From an uncultured Granulicatella sp. (GTDB lineage: Bacteria > Bacillota > Bacilli > Lactobacillales > Aerococcaceae), in the NCBI RefSeq assembly GCF_963516875.1, contig NZ_CAUQCL010000008.1, forward strand, positions 711 through 64,710: a DNA stretch of 64,000 nt, given 5' to 3'. The stretch's first letter is position 1, and every line of letters begins with the position of its first letter. Of this stretch, positions 31,838 through 44,598 are shown piece by piece. The notes beneath the pieces were generated by a model. That model saw nothing but the letters and a program-made list of their open reading frames with translations. It was not told where the DNA came from and did not search any database. The translations under genes were made by a program, and so were the position numbers.

Positions 31838-34800
31838 TTAAGCTTCTGTTGTTGCTTCCACTGTTCCTTCAGATACAATTTCTTCTGCTAACTCTTCAGT
31901 AGCTTCAACGAATTCTTCTGTTTGAACTGGTGTAGAAGTGCTTGTTTCCATATTACGGTAACGAGCCATACCTGTACCAGCAGGAATAATCTTACCGATG
32001 ATAACATTTTCCTTAAGTCCAAGTAAGTGGTCTTTCTTACCACGTATAGATGCGTCTGTTAACACACGAGTAGTTTCTTGGAATGAAGCTGCAGATAAGA
32101 AACTGTTTGTTTCTAATGAAGCTTTTGTAATACCAAGTAATACTGGACGTGCAGTCGCAGGAACTTCACCATTCATAATTGCAGAACGGTTACGTTCAGT
32201 AAAGTCTGCGATATCTAATAATGTTCCTGGTAAAATTTCAGTTGAACCTGGATCCATTACACGAACTTTACGTAACATTTGACGAACCATTACCTCAACG
32301 TGTTTATCGCCGATTTCTACCCCTTGCATACGGTATACTTTTTGTACTTCACGTAATAAGTAGTTTTCAACTGATAATACATCACGAACACGTAATAATT
32401 CTTTTGGATCAATCGAACCAGATGTTAATGGTTCACCACGATGGATTGTTTGTCCTTCTTCAACATTTAAGCGAGCTGTAAATGGAACAGTATACGTACG
32501 TGTATCTGTTGCACCTTTAATAGTGATTTCTTTAGTACGGCTTCCCGCATTTTCATCAATCGATACAACTTCACCTGTTACTTCTGTAATAGTCGCTCCC
32601 CCTTTAGGGTTACGAGCTTCGAAGATTTCTTGGATACGTGGTAAACCTTGAGTAATATCGTCTCCGGCTACCCCACCGGTATGGAAGGTACGCATTGTTA
32701 ACTGAGTACCAGGTTCCCCGATAGATTGAGCGGCAATTGTACCAACTGCTTCCCCTACTTCTACTTCTGAACCTGTTGCTAAGTTACGTCCATAACAATG
32801 TTTACATACACCATGTTTAGTATCACATGTAAATGCAGAACGGATTGTTACTTCTTCAATACCAGCATCCATAATTTTACGAGCAATATCTTCTGTAATT
32901 AATTCATTGTGACCAACAAATACTTCTCCAGTTACTGGATCTTTTACAGAACGTTGAGCATAACGTCCAATCATACGTTCTTCTAATGTTTCAATCATTT
33001 CATTTCCTTCACGGATAGCTGAAATTGTTAAACCACGATCAGAACCACAGTCTGTTTCACGGATAATTACGTCTTGCGCTACGTCTACTAAACGACGAGT
33101 TAAGTAACCTGAGTCGGCTGTCTTCAAGGCTGTATCCGTCATCCCTTTACGGGCACCGTGAGTTGATAAGAACATCTCCATAACCGTTAAACCTTCACGG
33201 AAGTTTGATGTTACTGGTAATTCCATGATCTTACCATTCGGAGCAGCCATCAATCCACGCATCCCCGCTAACTGAGTAAAGTTAGAGATGTTACCACGGG
33301 CTCCAGAGTCACTCATCATGAAGATTGGGTTACGAGCACCAAGTGTTTTCGTTAATGCGCTTTGGATTTCATCTTTTGCTGCATTCCATGTTTCGATAAC
33401 ACGTTCATATCTTTCATCATCTGTAATTAAACCACGACGGAATAATTTAGAAATTTCATCAACTTGGTTGTGTGCATCAGAAAGAATTGTCTTTTTATTT
33501 CCTGCAACAGAAATATCTGCAATCCCTACTGTTAAACCAGCACGAGTTGAATATTTATATCCTAAGTCTTTCATACGGTCTAACATCATTGATGTTTCTG
33601 TAATGTGGAAACGTTTGAAGACTTCCGCAATGATTTGACCTAAGTTTTTCTTCTTGAATGGTAAAACGATTGGTTGTTTTGCAATTTCTTCCTTAATATT
33701 TGAACCTGGTTCTAAGAAATATTTATCTGGAGTAGCTACTTCTAAGTTTTCCATTGATGGTTCATTTAAGTAAGGGAATTCGTCAGGCATAATTTCATTG
33801 AATAATAATTTACCAACTGTCGTTACTAACATGCGTTCTTTTTGCCATTCTGTAAATGGTTTATGAGGAAGCGCACTTGCGTGAATCGCAATACGGCTGT
33901 GTAAATGAACATATCCATTTTGATATGCTAACATTGCTTCGTTCATGTCTTTGAAGTACATTCCTTCTCCAACACGACCTTCTTGTTCTAATGTTAAGTA
34001 ATAGTTTCCTAAAACCATGTCTTGAGATGGAGTTACTACTGGTTTTCCATCTTTAGGGTTTAAGATATTTTGTGCCGCTAACATTAATAAACGAGCTTCC
34101 GCTTGAGCTTCTTGTGAAAGTGGCACGTGAACCGCCATTTGGTCCCCGTCGAAGTCGGCATTGTAGGCCTCACACACTAATGGGTGAAGACGGATTGCAC
34201 GACCTTCTACTAGAGTTGGTTCGAATGCTTGAATCCCTAATCTGTGAAGAGTAGGTGCTCGGTTTAATAGAACTGGGTGTTCACGAATCACTTCTTCTAA
34301 AACTGCCCAAATATCATCGTCTAAACGTTCAATTTTACGTTTTGCACTCTTAATATTTCCAGCAATTTCACGTTCTACTAATTCTTTCATCACGAATGGT
34401 TTGAATAATTCAATTGCCATTTCTTTTGGTAAACCACATTGATACATCTTCAAGTTTGGTCCTACTACGATTACAGAACGTCCTGAGTAGTCTACACGTT
34501 TACCAAGTAAGTTTTGACGGAAACGACCTTGTTTCCCTTTAAGCATATGACTTAATGATTTCAATGGACGGTTACCTGGTCCAGTTACTGGACGACCACG
34601 ACGACCATTATCGATTAAAGCATCCACCGCTTCTTGTAACATACGTTTTTCATTTTGAACGATGATACGTGGAGCATTTAATTCTAATAAACGTTTTAGA
34701 CGATTATTACGGTTAATAACACGACGGTATAAATCATTTAAGTCACTTGTTGCAAAACGTCCACCTTCTAATTGAACCATTGGACGTAAATCTGGTGGGA

Positions 34801-35500
34801 TAACTGGAATAACATCCATTACCATCCAACCAGGTTTATTTCCTGATTCACGGAAAGCATCTAAAATATCTAAACGACGAATTGCACGAGTACGTTTTTG
34901 TCCTTGAGCTGTTTTTAACTCTTCTTTTAATTCTGCAATTTCTGCTTCTAAGTCAACGTTATTTAGTAATTCTTGAACAGCTTCAGCACCCATTGCTGCG
35001 TGGAAGCGAGTTCCGAATTCCATACGTTTTTCACGGTATTCACGTTCACTTAATAATTGTTTTTTCATCAATGTTGTGTCACCAGCATCGATAACAACAT
35101 AGCTTGCAAAATAAATGATTTCTTCCAACGCACGAGGACTCATGTCTAACACAAGTCCCATACGGCTAGGAATTCCTTTAAAGTACCAAACATGTGATAC
35201 TGGAGCTGCTAATTCGATATGTCCCATACGTTCACGACGAACTTTTGAGCGAGTTACTTCAACGCCACAGCGATCACATACTTTTCCTTTATTGTTAATT
35301 TTCTTTAATTTACCACATGAACATTCTAAATCTTTCGTTGGTCCAAAAATCTTTTCACAATATAGACCATCACGTTCTGGTTTCAAAGTACGATAGTTGA
35401 TTGTTTCTGGTTTGGTTACTTCACCATATGACCATTCACGAATCTTATCAGGAGACGCTAAACCAATTTGCATACTTTCAAAATTATTTACATCTATCAA
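31838..35500 (-). CDS. rpoC: RNA polymerase beta' subunit
   Basis: NADFDGDQM catalytic motif, zinc fingers. Confidence 0.99.
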   Translation of the reverse strand: MIDVNNFESMQIGLASPDKIREWSYGEVTKPETINYRTLKPERDGLYCEKIFGPTKDLECSCGKLKKINNKGKVCDRCGVEVTRSKVRRERMGHIELAAPVSHVWYFKGIPSRMGLVLDMSPRALEEIIYFASYVVIDAGDTTLMKKQLLSEREYREKRMEFGTRFHAAMGAEAVQELLNNVDLEAEIAELKEELKTAQGQKRTRAIRRLDILDAFRESGNKPGWMVMDVIPVIPPDLRPMVQLEGGRFATSDLNDLYRRVINRNNRLKRLLELNAPRIIVQNEKRMLQEAVDALIDNGRRGRPVTGPGNRPLKSLSHMLKGKQGRFRQNLLGKRVDYSGRSVIVVGPNLKMYQCGLPKEMAIELFKPFVMKELVEREIAGNIKSAKRKIERLDDDIWAVLEEVIREHPVLLNRAPTLHRLGIQAFEPTLVEGRAIRLHPLVCEAYNADFDGDQMAVHVPLSQEAQAEARLLMLAAQNILNPKDGKPVVTPSQDMVLGNYYLTLEQEGRVGEGMYFKDMNEAMLAYQNGYVHLHSRIAIHASALPHKPFTEWQKERMLVTTVGKLLFNEIMPDEFPYLNEPSMENLEVATPDKYFLEPGSNIKEEIAKQPIVLPFKKKNLGQIIAEVFKRFHITETSMMLDRMKDLGYKYSTRAGLTVGIADISVAGNKKTILSDAHNQVDEISKLFRRGLITDDERYERVIETWNAAKDEIQSALTKTLGARNPIFMMSDSGARGNISNFTQLAGMRGLMAAPNGKIMELPVTSNFREGLTVMEMFLSTHGARKGMTDTALKTADSGYLTRRLVDVAQDVIIRETDCGSDRGLTISAIREGNEMIETLEERMIGRYAQRSVKDPVTGEVFVGHNELITEDIARKIMDAGIEEVTIRSAFTCDTKHGVCKHCYGRNLATGSEVEVGEAVGTIAAQSIGEPGTQLTMRTFHTGGVAGDDITQGLPRIQEIFEARNPKGGATITEVTGEVVSIDENAGSRTKEITIKGATDTRTYTVPFTARLNVEEGQTIHRGEPLTSGSIDPKELLRVRDVLSVENYLLREVQKVYRMQGVEIGDKHVEVMVRQMLRKVRVMDPGSTEILPGTLLDIADFTERNRSAIMNGEVPATARPVLLGITKASLETNSFLSAASFQETTRVLTDASIRGKKDHLLGLKENVIIGKIIPAGTGMARYRNMETSTSTPVQTEEFVEATEELAEEIVSEGTVEATTEA

Positions 35501-35552
35501 GGGGCCAACCTCCCTCTTCTTTGGAATTGCCCTACGATTCCAATAGTTATTC

Positions 35553-38500
35553 TTAGTCTAAAGTTACATCTGTATCTTCTGATTCTTGAATTTCTTCAGT
35601 TTCTTCTACTGTTGTTTCTTCAACTTCTTCTTTATCTGAAGAAAGTTCAGCAATACGGTCAGAATATTCATTTAAAATACGTTTCTTTTCACTCATTTTT
35701 TCAACATCATTGAAATTCATACGAGCGTCATCATCCATGTCTTCTAACTTAATTTCTTCATCATTTTCGTCTAGTACTTTCATATCAAGACCTAATGCTT
35801 GTAATTCTTTTACTAATACTCGGAATGATTCAGGTACACCTGGTTTAGAAATTTGTTGACCTTTCACGATTGATTCGTAAGTTTTCACACGACCAACAAC
35901 GTCATCTGATTTGTAAGTCAAGATTTCTTGTAATGTGTATGCAGCACCATATGCTTCTAGCGCCCATACCTCCATTTCTCCGAAACGTTGTCCACCAAAT
36001 TGAGCTTTACCTCCAAGAGGTTGTTGAGTTACCAATGAGTATGGTCCAATTGAACGAGCATGAAGTTTGTCATCAACCATGTGGGCAAGTTTAATCATGT
36101 ACATTACCCCTACTGATACACGGTTATCAAATGGTTCCCCTGTACGTCCATCATATAAAATTGTTTTCGCATCACGAGCCATACCTGCTTCTGCAACTGT
36201 TCCCCAAACATCTTCATCTTGAGCACCATCAAATACTGGTGTTGCGACGTAAATGCCTAATTCACGAGCTGCCATCCCTAAGTGTAACTCTAATACTTGT
36301 CCAATGTTCATACGTGATGGTACCCCTAATGGGTTTAACATGATGTCAACTGGTGTTCCATCTGGTAAGAATGGCATATCTTCTTCCGGCATAATACGAG
36401 AAACTACCCCTTTATTACCGTGACGTCCGGCCATCTTATCCCCTTCATTGATTTTACGTTTTTGAACAATGTATACACGAACTAATTTGTTTACTCCAGG
36501 CGCTAATTCATCACCAGCTGCACGAGTGAACAAACGTACATCACGAACGATACCGCCGCCGCCATGAGGAACACGTAATGAAGTATCACGTACTTCACGA
36601 GCTTTTTCACCGAAGATAGCATGTAATAAACGTTCTTCTGGTGATTGTTCTGTTAATCCTTTAGGAGTAACTTTACCAACTAAGATATCCCCATCTTTAA
36701 CTTCCGCACCAATACGGATAATTCCGTTTTCGTCAAGGTTTTTCAATGCATCTTCCCCAACGTTTGGAATTTCACGGGTAATTTCTTCTGGTCCTAATTT
36801 TGTATCACGAGCTTCTGAATCATAGTCATCAATATGGATTGAAGTATATACATCATCTTTTACAAGACGTTCGCTCATGATAACCGCATCCTCATAGTTG
36901 TATCCTTCCCAAGTCATGAATGCAACTAGAACGTTTTGTCCTAATGCTAATTCACCTTGTTCCATTGAAGGACCATCTGCTAAGATTTCTCCAACTTCTA
37001 CTTTATCTCCTTTTGAAACAATCGGACGTTGGTTATAACACATACCAGCATTTGAACCATGGAATTTAGTAATATTATATTGGTCTAACGAACCATCTGC
37101 TGTACGAACACGTACTTGATTTGCATCGACAAATTCTACGATACCTTCACGTTTACATAGTAAAGCTACCCCAGAGTCATGCGCTGTTACGTATTCCATA
37201 CCAGTACCAATAAATGGTGCTTTTGGGTTTAATAACGGAACTGCTTGACGCTGCATGTTGGCACCCATTAACGCACGGTTTGAGTCGTCGTTTTCTAAGA
37301 ACGGGATACATGCTGTCGCAACAGCAACTACTTGTTTTGGAGATACGTCCATGTAGTCAACACGTTCTACAGGAACTTCTAAGTTTTCTGATACGTAACG
37401 AGCCATTACTACATCGTTTACGAAGCTTCCATCTTCATTTAATGGAGAGTTTGCTTGCGCTACTACATAACGGTCTTCTTCATCCGCTGTTAAGTAGTCA
37501 ATCTTATCTGTTACTTTATGAGTTTTCCAGTCTACACGACGGTATGGAGTTTCTACAAATCCATATTTATTAATTTTAGCGTATGTTGATAAACTATTGA
37601 TCAAACCGATGTTTGGTCCCTCAGGAGTTTCAATCGGACACATACGACCATAGTGAGAATAGTGTACGTCACGAACTTCATATCCGGCACGGTCACGAGT
37701 CAAACCACCAGGTCCTAAGGCTGATAGACGACGTTTGTGAGTTAATTCTCCTAATGGGTTTGTTTGGTCCATGAATTGTGATAATTGAGATGAACCAAAG
37801 AATTCTTTAATTGCTGCTACTACAGGACGAATGTTTACTAATTGTTGTGGTGTTACTGTTGCTACATCTTGGATAGACATACGTTCACGAACCACACGTT
37901 CCATACGAGATAAACCGATACGGAATTGGTTTTGTAATAATTCACCTACTGAACGAATACGACGGTTCCCTAAGTGGTCGATATCGTCTGTTGAGCCGAT
38001 TCCTTCATATAAGTTTAAGAAGTAGCTGATTGTCGCTAAAACGTCAGCTGCTGTCACACATTTAATTTCATCTGGAATATTCGCATTTCCGATTACTTTA
38101 ATGATACGTTCAGGGTCTTGTGGTGAGTACACTTGAACGGATTGAATCGTTACAGGTTCTTGGATAACCCCTTCACTTGAAGGATATAATGTAAATAAGT
38201 TTGCTCCTGCTTCTAATGCTTGAGCTACTTTTTCCATAATTTCTTTTTCAAGAACTGTTCCTGCTTCAACAACGATTTCTCCTGTTTCAGGGTGTACGAT
38301 GTTTTCAGCAACTGTTTGATTTAATAAACGTGTTTTTAAGTTTAATTTTTTATTTACTTTATAACGACCTACTGCCGCAAAATCATAACGACGTGGATCA
38401 AAGAAACGAGCTGTTAATAAGTTACGTGAACTTTCAGCTGTTTTTGGTTCTCCTGGACGTAGACGGTCATAAATATCTTTTAATGCTTCTTCTGTACGTG

Positions 38501-39194
38501 ATTCATCCATACGTTTATGAACATCTTTATCTAATGTTAAACGTAATGTTTCACTTTCACCGAAGATTTCTAAAATTGTATCGTCTGATTCAAAACCTAA
38601 CGCACGAACTAATACTGTTAATGGAATTTTACGAGTACGGTCAATACGTACATATGAAATGTCTTTTGAATCTGATTCGTATTCTAACCATGCACCACGG
38701 TTAGGAATTAATGTTGCGCCATATAAGGCTTTACCATTTTTATCTGGGCGGTCATGGAAGTATGAACCTGGTGAACGTACTAATTGAGATACAATAACAC
38801 GTTCTGCACCATTAATGATAAATGTTCCCATTTCTGTCATTAATGGGAAATCTCCAAAGAAGACTTCTTGGTCTTTTACTTCTCCAGTTTCTTTGTTCAC
38901 TAAACGCATTTTTACATAAATTGGTGCTGCATAATTTGCGTCGTGATTTCTTGCTTCTGCAAGGTTATATTTTGGAGCATGTAATTCATAATCTAAGAAT
39001 TCTAATGATAAATTACCTGTATGGTCTTCGATTGGTGAGATGTCTTTAAACATTTCACGAATCCCTTCATCTAAGAACCATTGGTAAGAATCAGTTTGAA
39101 TTTCAATTAGATTTGGTAATTCTAATACTTCACTGATTCGTGCATAACTTCTACGCACACGGTGTTTACCGTATTTCACATCATGATGTGCCAA
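35553..39194 (-). CDS. rpoB: RNA polymerase beta subunit
   Basis: [27 protein letters not shown]; probable TTG start at 39194 (ORF track uses 39203). Confidence 0.98.
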   Translation of the reverse strand: MAHHDVKYGKHRVRRSYARISEVLELPNLIEIQTDSYQWFLDEGIREMFKDISPIEDHTGNLSLEFLDYELHAPKYNLAEARNHDANYAAPIYVKMRLVNKETGEVKDQEVFFGDFPLMTEMGTFIINGAERVIVSQLVRSPGSYFHDRPDKNGKALYGATLIPNRGAWLEYESDSKDISYVRIDRTRKIPLTVLVRALGFESDDTILEIFGESETLRLTLDKDVHKRMDESRTEEALKDIYDRLRPGEPKTAESSRNLLTARFFDPRRYDFAAVGRYKVNKKLNLKTRLLNQTVAENIVHPETGEIVVEAGTVLEKEIMEKVAQALEAGANLFTLYPSSEGVIQEPVTIQSVQVYSPQDPERIIKVIGNANIPDEIKCVTAADVLATISYFLNLYEGIGSTDDIDHLGNRRIRSVGELLQNQFRIGLSRMERVVRERMSIQDVATVTPQQLVNIRPVVAAIKEFFGSSQLSQFMDQTNPLGELTHKRRLSALGPGGLTRDRAGYEVRDVHYSHYGRMCPIETPEGPNIGLINSLSTYAKINKYGFVETPYRRVDWKTHKVTDKIDYLTADEEDRYVVAQANSPLNEDGSFVNDVVMARYVSENLEVPVERVDYMDVSPKQVVAVATACIPFLENDDSNRALMGANMQRQAVPLLNPKAPFIGTGMEYVTAHDSGVALLCKREGIVEFVDANQVRVRTADGSLDQYNITKFHGSNAGMCYNQRPIVSKGDKVEVGEILADGPSMEQGELALGQNVLVAFMTWEGYNYEDAVIMSERLVKDDVYTSIHIDDYDSEARDTKLGPEEITREIPNVGEDALKNLDENGIIRIGAEVKDGDILVGKVTPKGLTEQSPEERLLHAIFGEKAREVRDTSLRVPHGGGGIVRDVRLFTRAAGDELAPGVNKLVRVYIVQKRKINEGDKMAGRHGNKGVVSRIMPEEDMPFLPDGTPVDIMLNPLGVPSRMNIGQVLELHLGMAARELGIYVATPVFDGAQDEDVWGTVAEAGMARDAKTILYDGRTGEPFDNRVSVGVMYMIKLAHMVDDKLHARSIGPYSLVTQQPLGGKAQFGGQRFGEMEVWALEAYGAAYTLQEILTYKSDDVVGRVKTYESIVKGQQISKPGVPESFRVLVKELQALGLDMKVLDENDEEIKLEDMDDDARMNFNDVEKMSEKKRILNEYSDRIAELSSDKEEVEETTVEETEEIQESEDTDVTLD

Positions 39195-39537
39195 CTCTTC
39201 CACCCCTATATCATAATTTTATGAATAAATATTACAAATTTATTACATTATTAAATTTTCGTAACAAATGTTGCCTGAAAGTCATTTTAGAACAAAAAAA
39301 AACCAAAAGAATTTCTTTATCCCTTATTAAAAAGAGTGCTCATTCTTTTGTTTTCCCTTATATTCACGGGATTTCTGGACAATATTTCAGCATCCCGCAA
39401 GACTATAGTTACACTTATTGCGTTACATTATTTTAGCGTGAAATTGGCGATTTGTCAAGGTTTTGAAAGACTTTCTTTGCGTGTTTATAAGAAAGTGCAT
39501 ACATTTTTTCATTGATGTTTATACGTAATAAAAGCAA

Positions 39538-39613
39538 GCAGAAAAATGCTTTTTGTTTGCGTGGTCGCCAGTAGCCTCGCTTGCGAGTCTCTTGGCTAAA
39601 AAGATTTTTCTGC
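39538..39613 (-). repeat. Internally deleted reverse copy of the multi-hairpin element
   Basis: GGTCGCCAGTAGCCTCGCTTGCGAGTCTCTTGGCTAAAA within GCAGAAAAAT/ATTTTTCTGC arms. Confidence 0.8.
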
Positions 39614-39740
39614 TTTCTTTTATATTGTTTTTGCGTTTTTTTACTGACAATTTTTTGTTTCTGCACCAAGAGTTAGACATTTCCTGGATTTAGTTTTATC
39701 TAACTCGACAAAACTAGGCAATGTTATATAACTTCATAGT

Positions 39741-40529
39741 TTATTTATTATGATGAACATCGTTTTCCAAAAATGGATTAACCAAATCTATCCACTCCAA
39801 AGGCAGATAAGCCGATAGATAACCGTGATTATATCCTTTTGCTTCATATACACTACAATTAGGATGCATTTTTTGAAATAGCTTAGCCGATTCCTTAACG
39901 CAATCCATTTCTTTTTCACCATAAATATATAGAACTTGTGCTTTGTTTTCTGTAATAGAATTTTTAAGCCTATATTCTCCCATATATGTTTGATACATAG
40001 TCACCAATGTTTTAATCGGAATCCTTGGCATATCCTCCATATAATAGCCTTCTATTTCTTCCGAATAAGCCATATTGGGATACATTTTTTTCATTAAACT
40101 CAACTGAATTTTACTTGCATATTTGCTAAACATAAGTTTTCCGAATAATTTTACAATAATTGTACTAACTCTTGCCAGCTTTGGCTGAGGAATACAAATA
40201 CTACCGTCTATTATTGCTTTCTGAGCTATATCACTATTTAGCGATAATAACTCAATGGCAATTTGACCTCCCAAAGAAACACCTCCCACAGCAAACAATT
40301 TTCCATCGCAATTATTTTTTATATAGTCCATAATTTGCTGTGCGGAATTTTCAGTTGAAATATACTCTTTTTGATATTCTTCTCCATGACCATTAAGTGT
40401 TGGTAATATCACATGATATTTTTCGGATAATATACGAGCTTGCCGAAGATAATTCCACCAGGAATTACCTCCGCCGTGTATCAATAATATATGTGGAAAT
40501 TTTTTATTACCAAATTCATGAAATATCAT
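39741..40529 (-). CDS. Alpha/beta hydrolase (accessory)
   Basis: LLIHGGG, GVSLGG, YIYGEKE, NHG. Confidence 0.85.
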   Translation of the reverse strand: MIFHEFGNKKFPHILLIHGGGNSWWNYLRQARILSEKYHVILPTLNGHGEEYQKEYISTENSAQQIMDYIKNNCDGKLFAVGGVSLGGQIAIELLSLNSDIAQKAIIDGSICIPQPKLARVSTIIVKLFGKLMFSKYASKIQLSLMKKMYPNMAYSEEIEGYYMEDMPRIPIKTLVTMYQTYMGEYRLKNSITENKAQVLYIYGEKEMDCVKESAKLFQKMHPNCSVYEAKGYNHGYLSAYLPLEWIDLVNPFLENDVHHNK

Positions 40530-40967
40530 ATTCCAAAACCTCTACAAACTTAAATTTGTTAGCTAATAAGTTTACTCGCTAACTTATACACTTGATTTAT
40601 TTCTTTGTTTTCTAAACACGAGACCAGCTAAAAAAGTCTAATGAAGTGCTTTATTACTTTCATTAACTATATATAATAGTCTTTGTTTTTTTAACCCCTT
40701 AACTGCCGTCAGTTTAACATATTTTTTTCTTTATTGTAAACATGGTTTATTTCGATTTACGAGCTATCAAACGCCTATTGCTCTGCTATCAAGAATACGT
40801 CACATCCAATTGAAGAGTAGCTCTCCATAGTTCTAAGATTTCTAGTAAGGTTGCATAAATCGAGAACATTTCAAACTGGTTGAGCGACTTTTAATAGAAG
40901 TTTTTCATTTCTTCAGTAAACTTTGTTAAAGAACACTTAAAATAGTTACACTACATTTTGTAATTCA

Positions 40968-41127
40968 GCTAAAAGATGAAAGAAAAATTTTTGTTGCGAA
41001 AGTAATGGTAGCCACATTGGCTTCCATTACAGGTAAACTTTGAGACCGAGGCTCAAAGTTTAGCCATGAGACTCGCAGAGGCTGCTGGCGACCTCGCTAA
41101 CATAAAATTTTTCTTTCATCTTTTAGC
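40968..41127 (+). repeat. Multi-hairpin element copy with long outer arms
   Basis: GCTAAAAGATGAAAGAAAAATTT/AAATTTTTCTTTCATCTTTTAGC arms. Confidence 0.9.
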
Positions 41128-41200
41128 ATTTACGTGTATCATCTACATACATAAAAACGTCTAAATCTTTTCATCGATTTAGACGTTTTCCATCAATTCA

Positions 41201-44107
41201 TTATACTGTAAATTCAGCCATATTCTTTTTAACAACTTCTCCGCTTGGTAAACGTAGTTCAATCGTTCCATCCATATTAAAGATAACACTATCTAATCCT
41301 AATCCGTAACGAGCAGCAAATTTTGCAATTTTCTCTTGTACTGGATCTACCGCTGGTGCTTCTTCTAATCCTGGTTCTAACATAGGATCAGTTCCTGTAG
41401 GATTCAACATCCCGTTATCTGTTGAATTTTCTGGTTTCACAGGTTTTTCACTTGGTTTTGGAGCCTCTGGTAAAGACGCTGCTGGTTTATTTTCTGTTGG
41501 TTTTGTTTCAACCTTATCAGGAGTTGGCGCTACATGTTCAGGTACTTTATTTTCCCCATTCCCATTAGGTACTTCTCCTGTAAAATCAGCCATATTTTTC
41601 TTAACGACTTCTCCACTTGGTAAATGTAATTCAATCGTTCCATCCATATTGAACAATACATTTTCTAACTTCATTCCATGGCTTTCTGCAAATTTAGCTA
41701 CTTTTTCTTGTACTGGATCTACTGCTGGTGCTTCTTCTAACATTGGGTCTGAAATAGGATTTCCAGTTGGTGTTTCTGACTCAGGTTTCAATCCTTCGCC
41801 TGTTGGTGTTGAATTTTCTTCAACTTTCTCTACAGGTTTTGGAGCTTCCTCTTTTCCAGTTGGTTTCGAAGATTCTTCTCCTTTTCCCATTTCTTTTGGT
41901 GATTCTTTACCTTTTTCTACTGGTTTAGAAGTTTCTTCTGTTTCATGTCCTTTAAATTGCGATAAAACTCCAGGTTTTTCTGTTTGATTATTTTTCTCTA
42001 AAATCGGAACTTCTACAATATAAGAAGATTGATTATCTAAATAAGCATTCGCCATGAAGGTTACTGGAATTTTATTTCCTGCTGTCATCGTAGTTCCTTG
42101 ATTTAATTTTGGAATAGGCAATTGAATTTCGCCCACTTTGTAGTTATTTTCTAAGTACGCATTTCCATGAAATTCATCAAACACTCTGACTAAAGCTTCA
42201 GTCCCTTTGGGTATTACATATTGAGGTTTCACTCTTAAATAAGTATCCCCTGCATGGAATGGATAGAAAATCGTACGACTTGCCATGTTGTAAGCTAATG
42301 AGCTTGGAATCGTAAATTGTCCTTCGTAGTTCACTTCTGGATAATCTTTTGAAGTAATGGTGTATTTAAAAGTTTCTCCTGGTAAATAAGGTTTATCTAA
42401 TTCAAAATTAGCAATATTTCCTACTCCTTCACCGAATACTTTTCCAGATAATTTCTCAATCACTTTCCCGTCTGGAGTCGTTAATTTCACCATCATATTT
42501 GTTCCTAATTTTTTCTCTAATTCTGGTGGGAAACTAAAGGATACACGTTTTTGCCCATTTGCTAAGGTAAAGTTTTGGTTATTAAATGTGCTGTTTTTCA
42601 ATAGTTTTACAACACTTGCCAATTCTTCTCCTGTATAAACCTTGTTTCCTTCTTTTTTAGCAACTCCTTCTTCTGGTTTAAAGAGTTCATAGTTACTATG
42701 AGAGTGTCCAATTCCAACTGGCTTATGTTCATCAATTGGATCAGCATGATGGTGGTCTCCGTGTGGATAAATAATTGCATTTTTCTCTTTATTGACTACA
42801 ATACTTTCACGTTTTACACCGTATTGTTTCATAATACCTGCAATTTTTTCTTCGATTTTTTTATCTAACTCACTCATTTCTACAGGCTTCATTGCATCAT
42901 CATGGTGATGTTCCTCTTTAGGAGGTATTGCAGTCCCATTATAGCGTGCTTTAGCTTCTTCTATATGTTCTTTAGAAATTAAATGTTCCCATTTTGTATG
43001 AACTAATTGCTCAAATGGAATCACATGAATATCTTTCATATTCCCATTATGCGCCACTAATAAGTTTTCTCCTGATGTACCAATAATATGATTTCCATCA
43101 AATAAAAATCCGTCACTTGTTCTATAATGAATTCCGGCAAATTGTTTTTCTTTTGGCTGTGTAGTCGGAGCTTCAGTGTTTGGTTTTGTTTCCGGAGTCG
43201 TAGGTTTTGTTGTACTTTCTCCTGTTAAACCATGTAATTCCTTTTCTACCTTTTCAACTTTTCCAATCATTGATGCAACGGTATCAGGATGTGTGCTTTC
43301 AGAATTCACTTGATTTTTGTAAATAAAATGGAAGTGGTCGCCATGGCGAACTACATAACCTTCTGCTGTTTCACTTACAATATCTTTCTTGTCAAATACA
43401 TACCCATCATGGTCATGATCATCGTGTTCACCTTCGTGCTCATGTTTCTCGCCCTCATGATTATGGTGTTCACTTTCGTGGTCGTGATGTTCAGCAGTTA
43501 CTACAGGATTTCCTTCTTTATCTTTATAAATATAATGGAAATGGTCTCCATGACGAACGATATACCCTGTTTCAGTTTCGCTAACAACATCTTTCTTATC
43601 AAAAACATAGCCATCTTCAACTTCTTCATGATGTTCATGTGCTACTGGATTTGTAGCCATTGTTGTAGCAAGTGTTTGTTGCGTATTGTTTTTATAAATA
43701 AAGTGAAAATGGTCTCCATGACGAACGACATATCCCATTTCATTTTCTTCTACAATATCATTTGGATTAAAGACATATCCATCATCTGCAGAACTAATTG
43801 CTGTTGCTGAAGTCTTTTGTTCATATATAGCATCTTCTGGTGGAGCACCGTATACAAAATGGTAGTGATCTCCATGTTTTTTTAAGTATCCATTTTCGAA
43901 TACTTCTCCTACAATTGTTTTTGGTTTATTTTCTTTTACTTCTTCAGCAATTTTCTCAAATTTTGCTAAATCAGTTTTTGAAATTTCTGTTGTTGTCGTT
44001 TCTGATTCTGTTTGCTGACTTGTATTTTGGTTATTAAAAAGTGAACAACCACCCAATAATACAAGACTTGCACTCCCAATTAGTAATGATTTTTTATGAA
44101 TTTTCAT
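41201..44107 (-). CDS. Polyhistidine-triad (Pht) lipoprotein with PhtE-like C-terminal half
   Basis: Lipobox LGGC; five HxxHxH motifs; C-terminal half recalls pneumococcal PhtE (KIAGIMKQYGVKRESI..., DPVQEK...NMDGTIEL.LPSGEV). Confidence 0.88.
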   Translation of the reverse strand: MKIHKKSLLIGSASLVLLGGCSLFNNQNTSQQTESETTTTEISKTDLAKFEKIAEEVKENKPKTIVGEVFENGYLKKHGDHYHFVYGAPPEDAIYEQKTSATAISSADDGYVFNPNDIVEENEMGYVVRHGDHFHFIYKNNTQQTLATTMATNPVAHEHHEEVEDGYVFDKKDVVSETETGYIVRHGDHFHYIYKDKEGNPVVTAEHHDHESEHHNHEGEKHEHEGEHDDHDHDGYVFDKKDIVSETAEGYVVRHGDHFHFIYKNQVNSESTHPDTVASMIGKVEKVEKELHGLTGESTTKPTTPETKPNTEAPTTQPKEKQFAGIHYRTSDGFLFDGNHIIGTSGENLLVAHNGNMKDIHVIPFEQLVHTKWEHLISKEHIEEAKARYNGTAIPPKEEHHHDDAMKPVEMSELDKKIEEKIAGIMKQYGVKRESIVVNKEKNAIIYPHGDHHHADPIDEHKPVGIGHSHSNYELFKPEEGVAKKEGNKVYTGEELASVVKLLKNSTFNNQNFTLANGQKRVSFSFPPELEKKLGTNMMVKLTTPDGKVIEKLSGKVFGEGVGNIANFELDKPYLPGETFKYTITSKDYPEVNYEGQFTIPSSLAYNMASRTIFYPFHAGDTYLRVKPQYVIPKGTEALVRVFDEFHGNAYLENNYKVGEIQLPIPKLNQGTTMTAGNKIPVTFMANAYLDNQSSYIVEVPILEKNNQTEKPGVLSQFKGHETEETSKPVEKGKESPKEMGKGEESSKPTGKEEAPKPVEKVEENSTPTGEGLKPESETPTGNPISDPMLEEAPAVDPVQEKVAKFAESHGMKLENVLFNMDGTIELHLPSGEVVKKNMADFTGEVPNGNGENKVPEHVAPTPDKVETKPTENKPAASLPEAPKPSEKPVKPENSTDNGMLNPTGTDPMLEPGLEEAPAVDPVQEKIAKFAARYGLGLDSVIFNMDGTIELRLPSGEVVKKNMAEFTV

Positions 44108-44121
44108 TCTATCTCCCTCTC

Positions 44122-44150
44122 TTATAAAACGTAATCTTTACGTTTTATAA
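44122..44150. promoter_or_regulatory. Zur-box-like operator
   Basis: TAAAACGTAATCTTTACGTTTTA versus the Bacillus Zur consensus TAAATCGTAATNATTACGATTTA; just upstream of the pht RBS. Confidence 0.7.
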
Positions 44151-44204
44151 CTTTACTCTCCTTTTGTATTTCTGTCAATGTTTTTTGAACACGTAATAAA
44201 AGAA

Positions 44205-44541
44205 AGAAGAAAAATGCTTTTTGTTTGCGAAGTCGCCAGTAGCCCCTATGGGTCTCTTGGCTAAAAATCGAGCCTTGCTTTCGATACAAAAAGATTTTTC
44301 TTCTTGCTTTTATATTATATTTGAGGTTTTTTACTGAAATGTATTAGTTCAAAAAATTGTTGCGCTACGGTTTACACTTCAGCTAAAAGATGAAAGAAAA
44401 TTTTTGTTGCGAAAGTAATGGAAGCCAGGCGTGGCTTCCATTATAGGTAAAATTTGAGACCAAGGCTCAAATTTTAGCCATGAGACTCGCAGAGGCTGCT
44501 GGCGACCTCGCTAACACAAAATTTTTCTTTCATCTTTTAGC
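44205..44541. repeat. Reverse partial copy plus forward full copy of the multi-hairpin element
   Basis: 44205-44304 resembles the 39538 copy; 44382-44541 is near-identical to the 40968 copy. Confidence 0.88.
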
Positions 44542-44598
44542 CTAACCGTAAAAAAGACTTCAAAACACTATTACGTTTCGAAGTCTATTCATCATTTT

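Noticed and set aside
40600..40960. Possible decayed gene upstream of the alpha/beta hydrolase
   Set aside because: Multiple stops and no recognisable motif; cannot support a call
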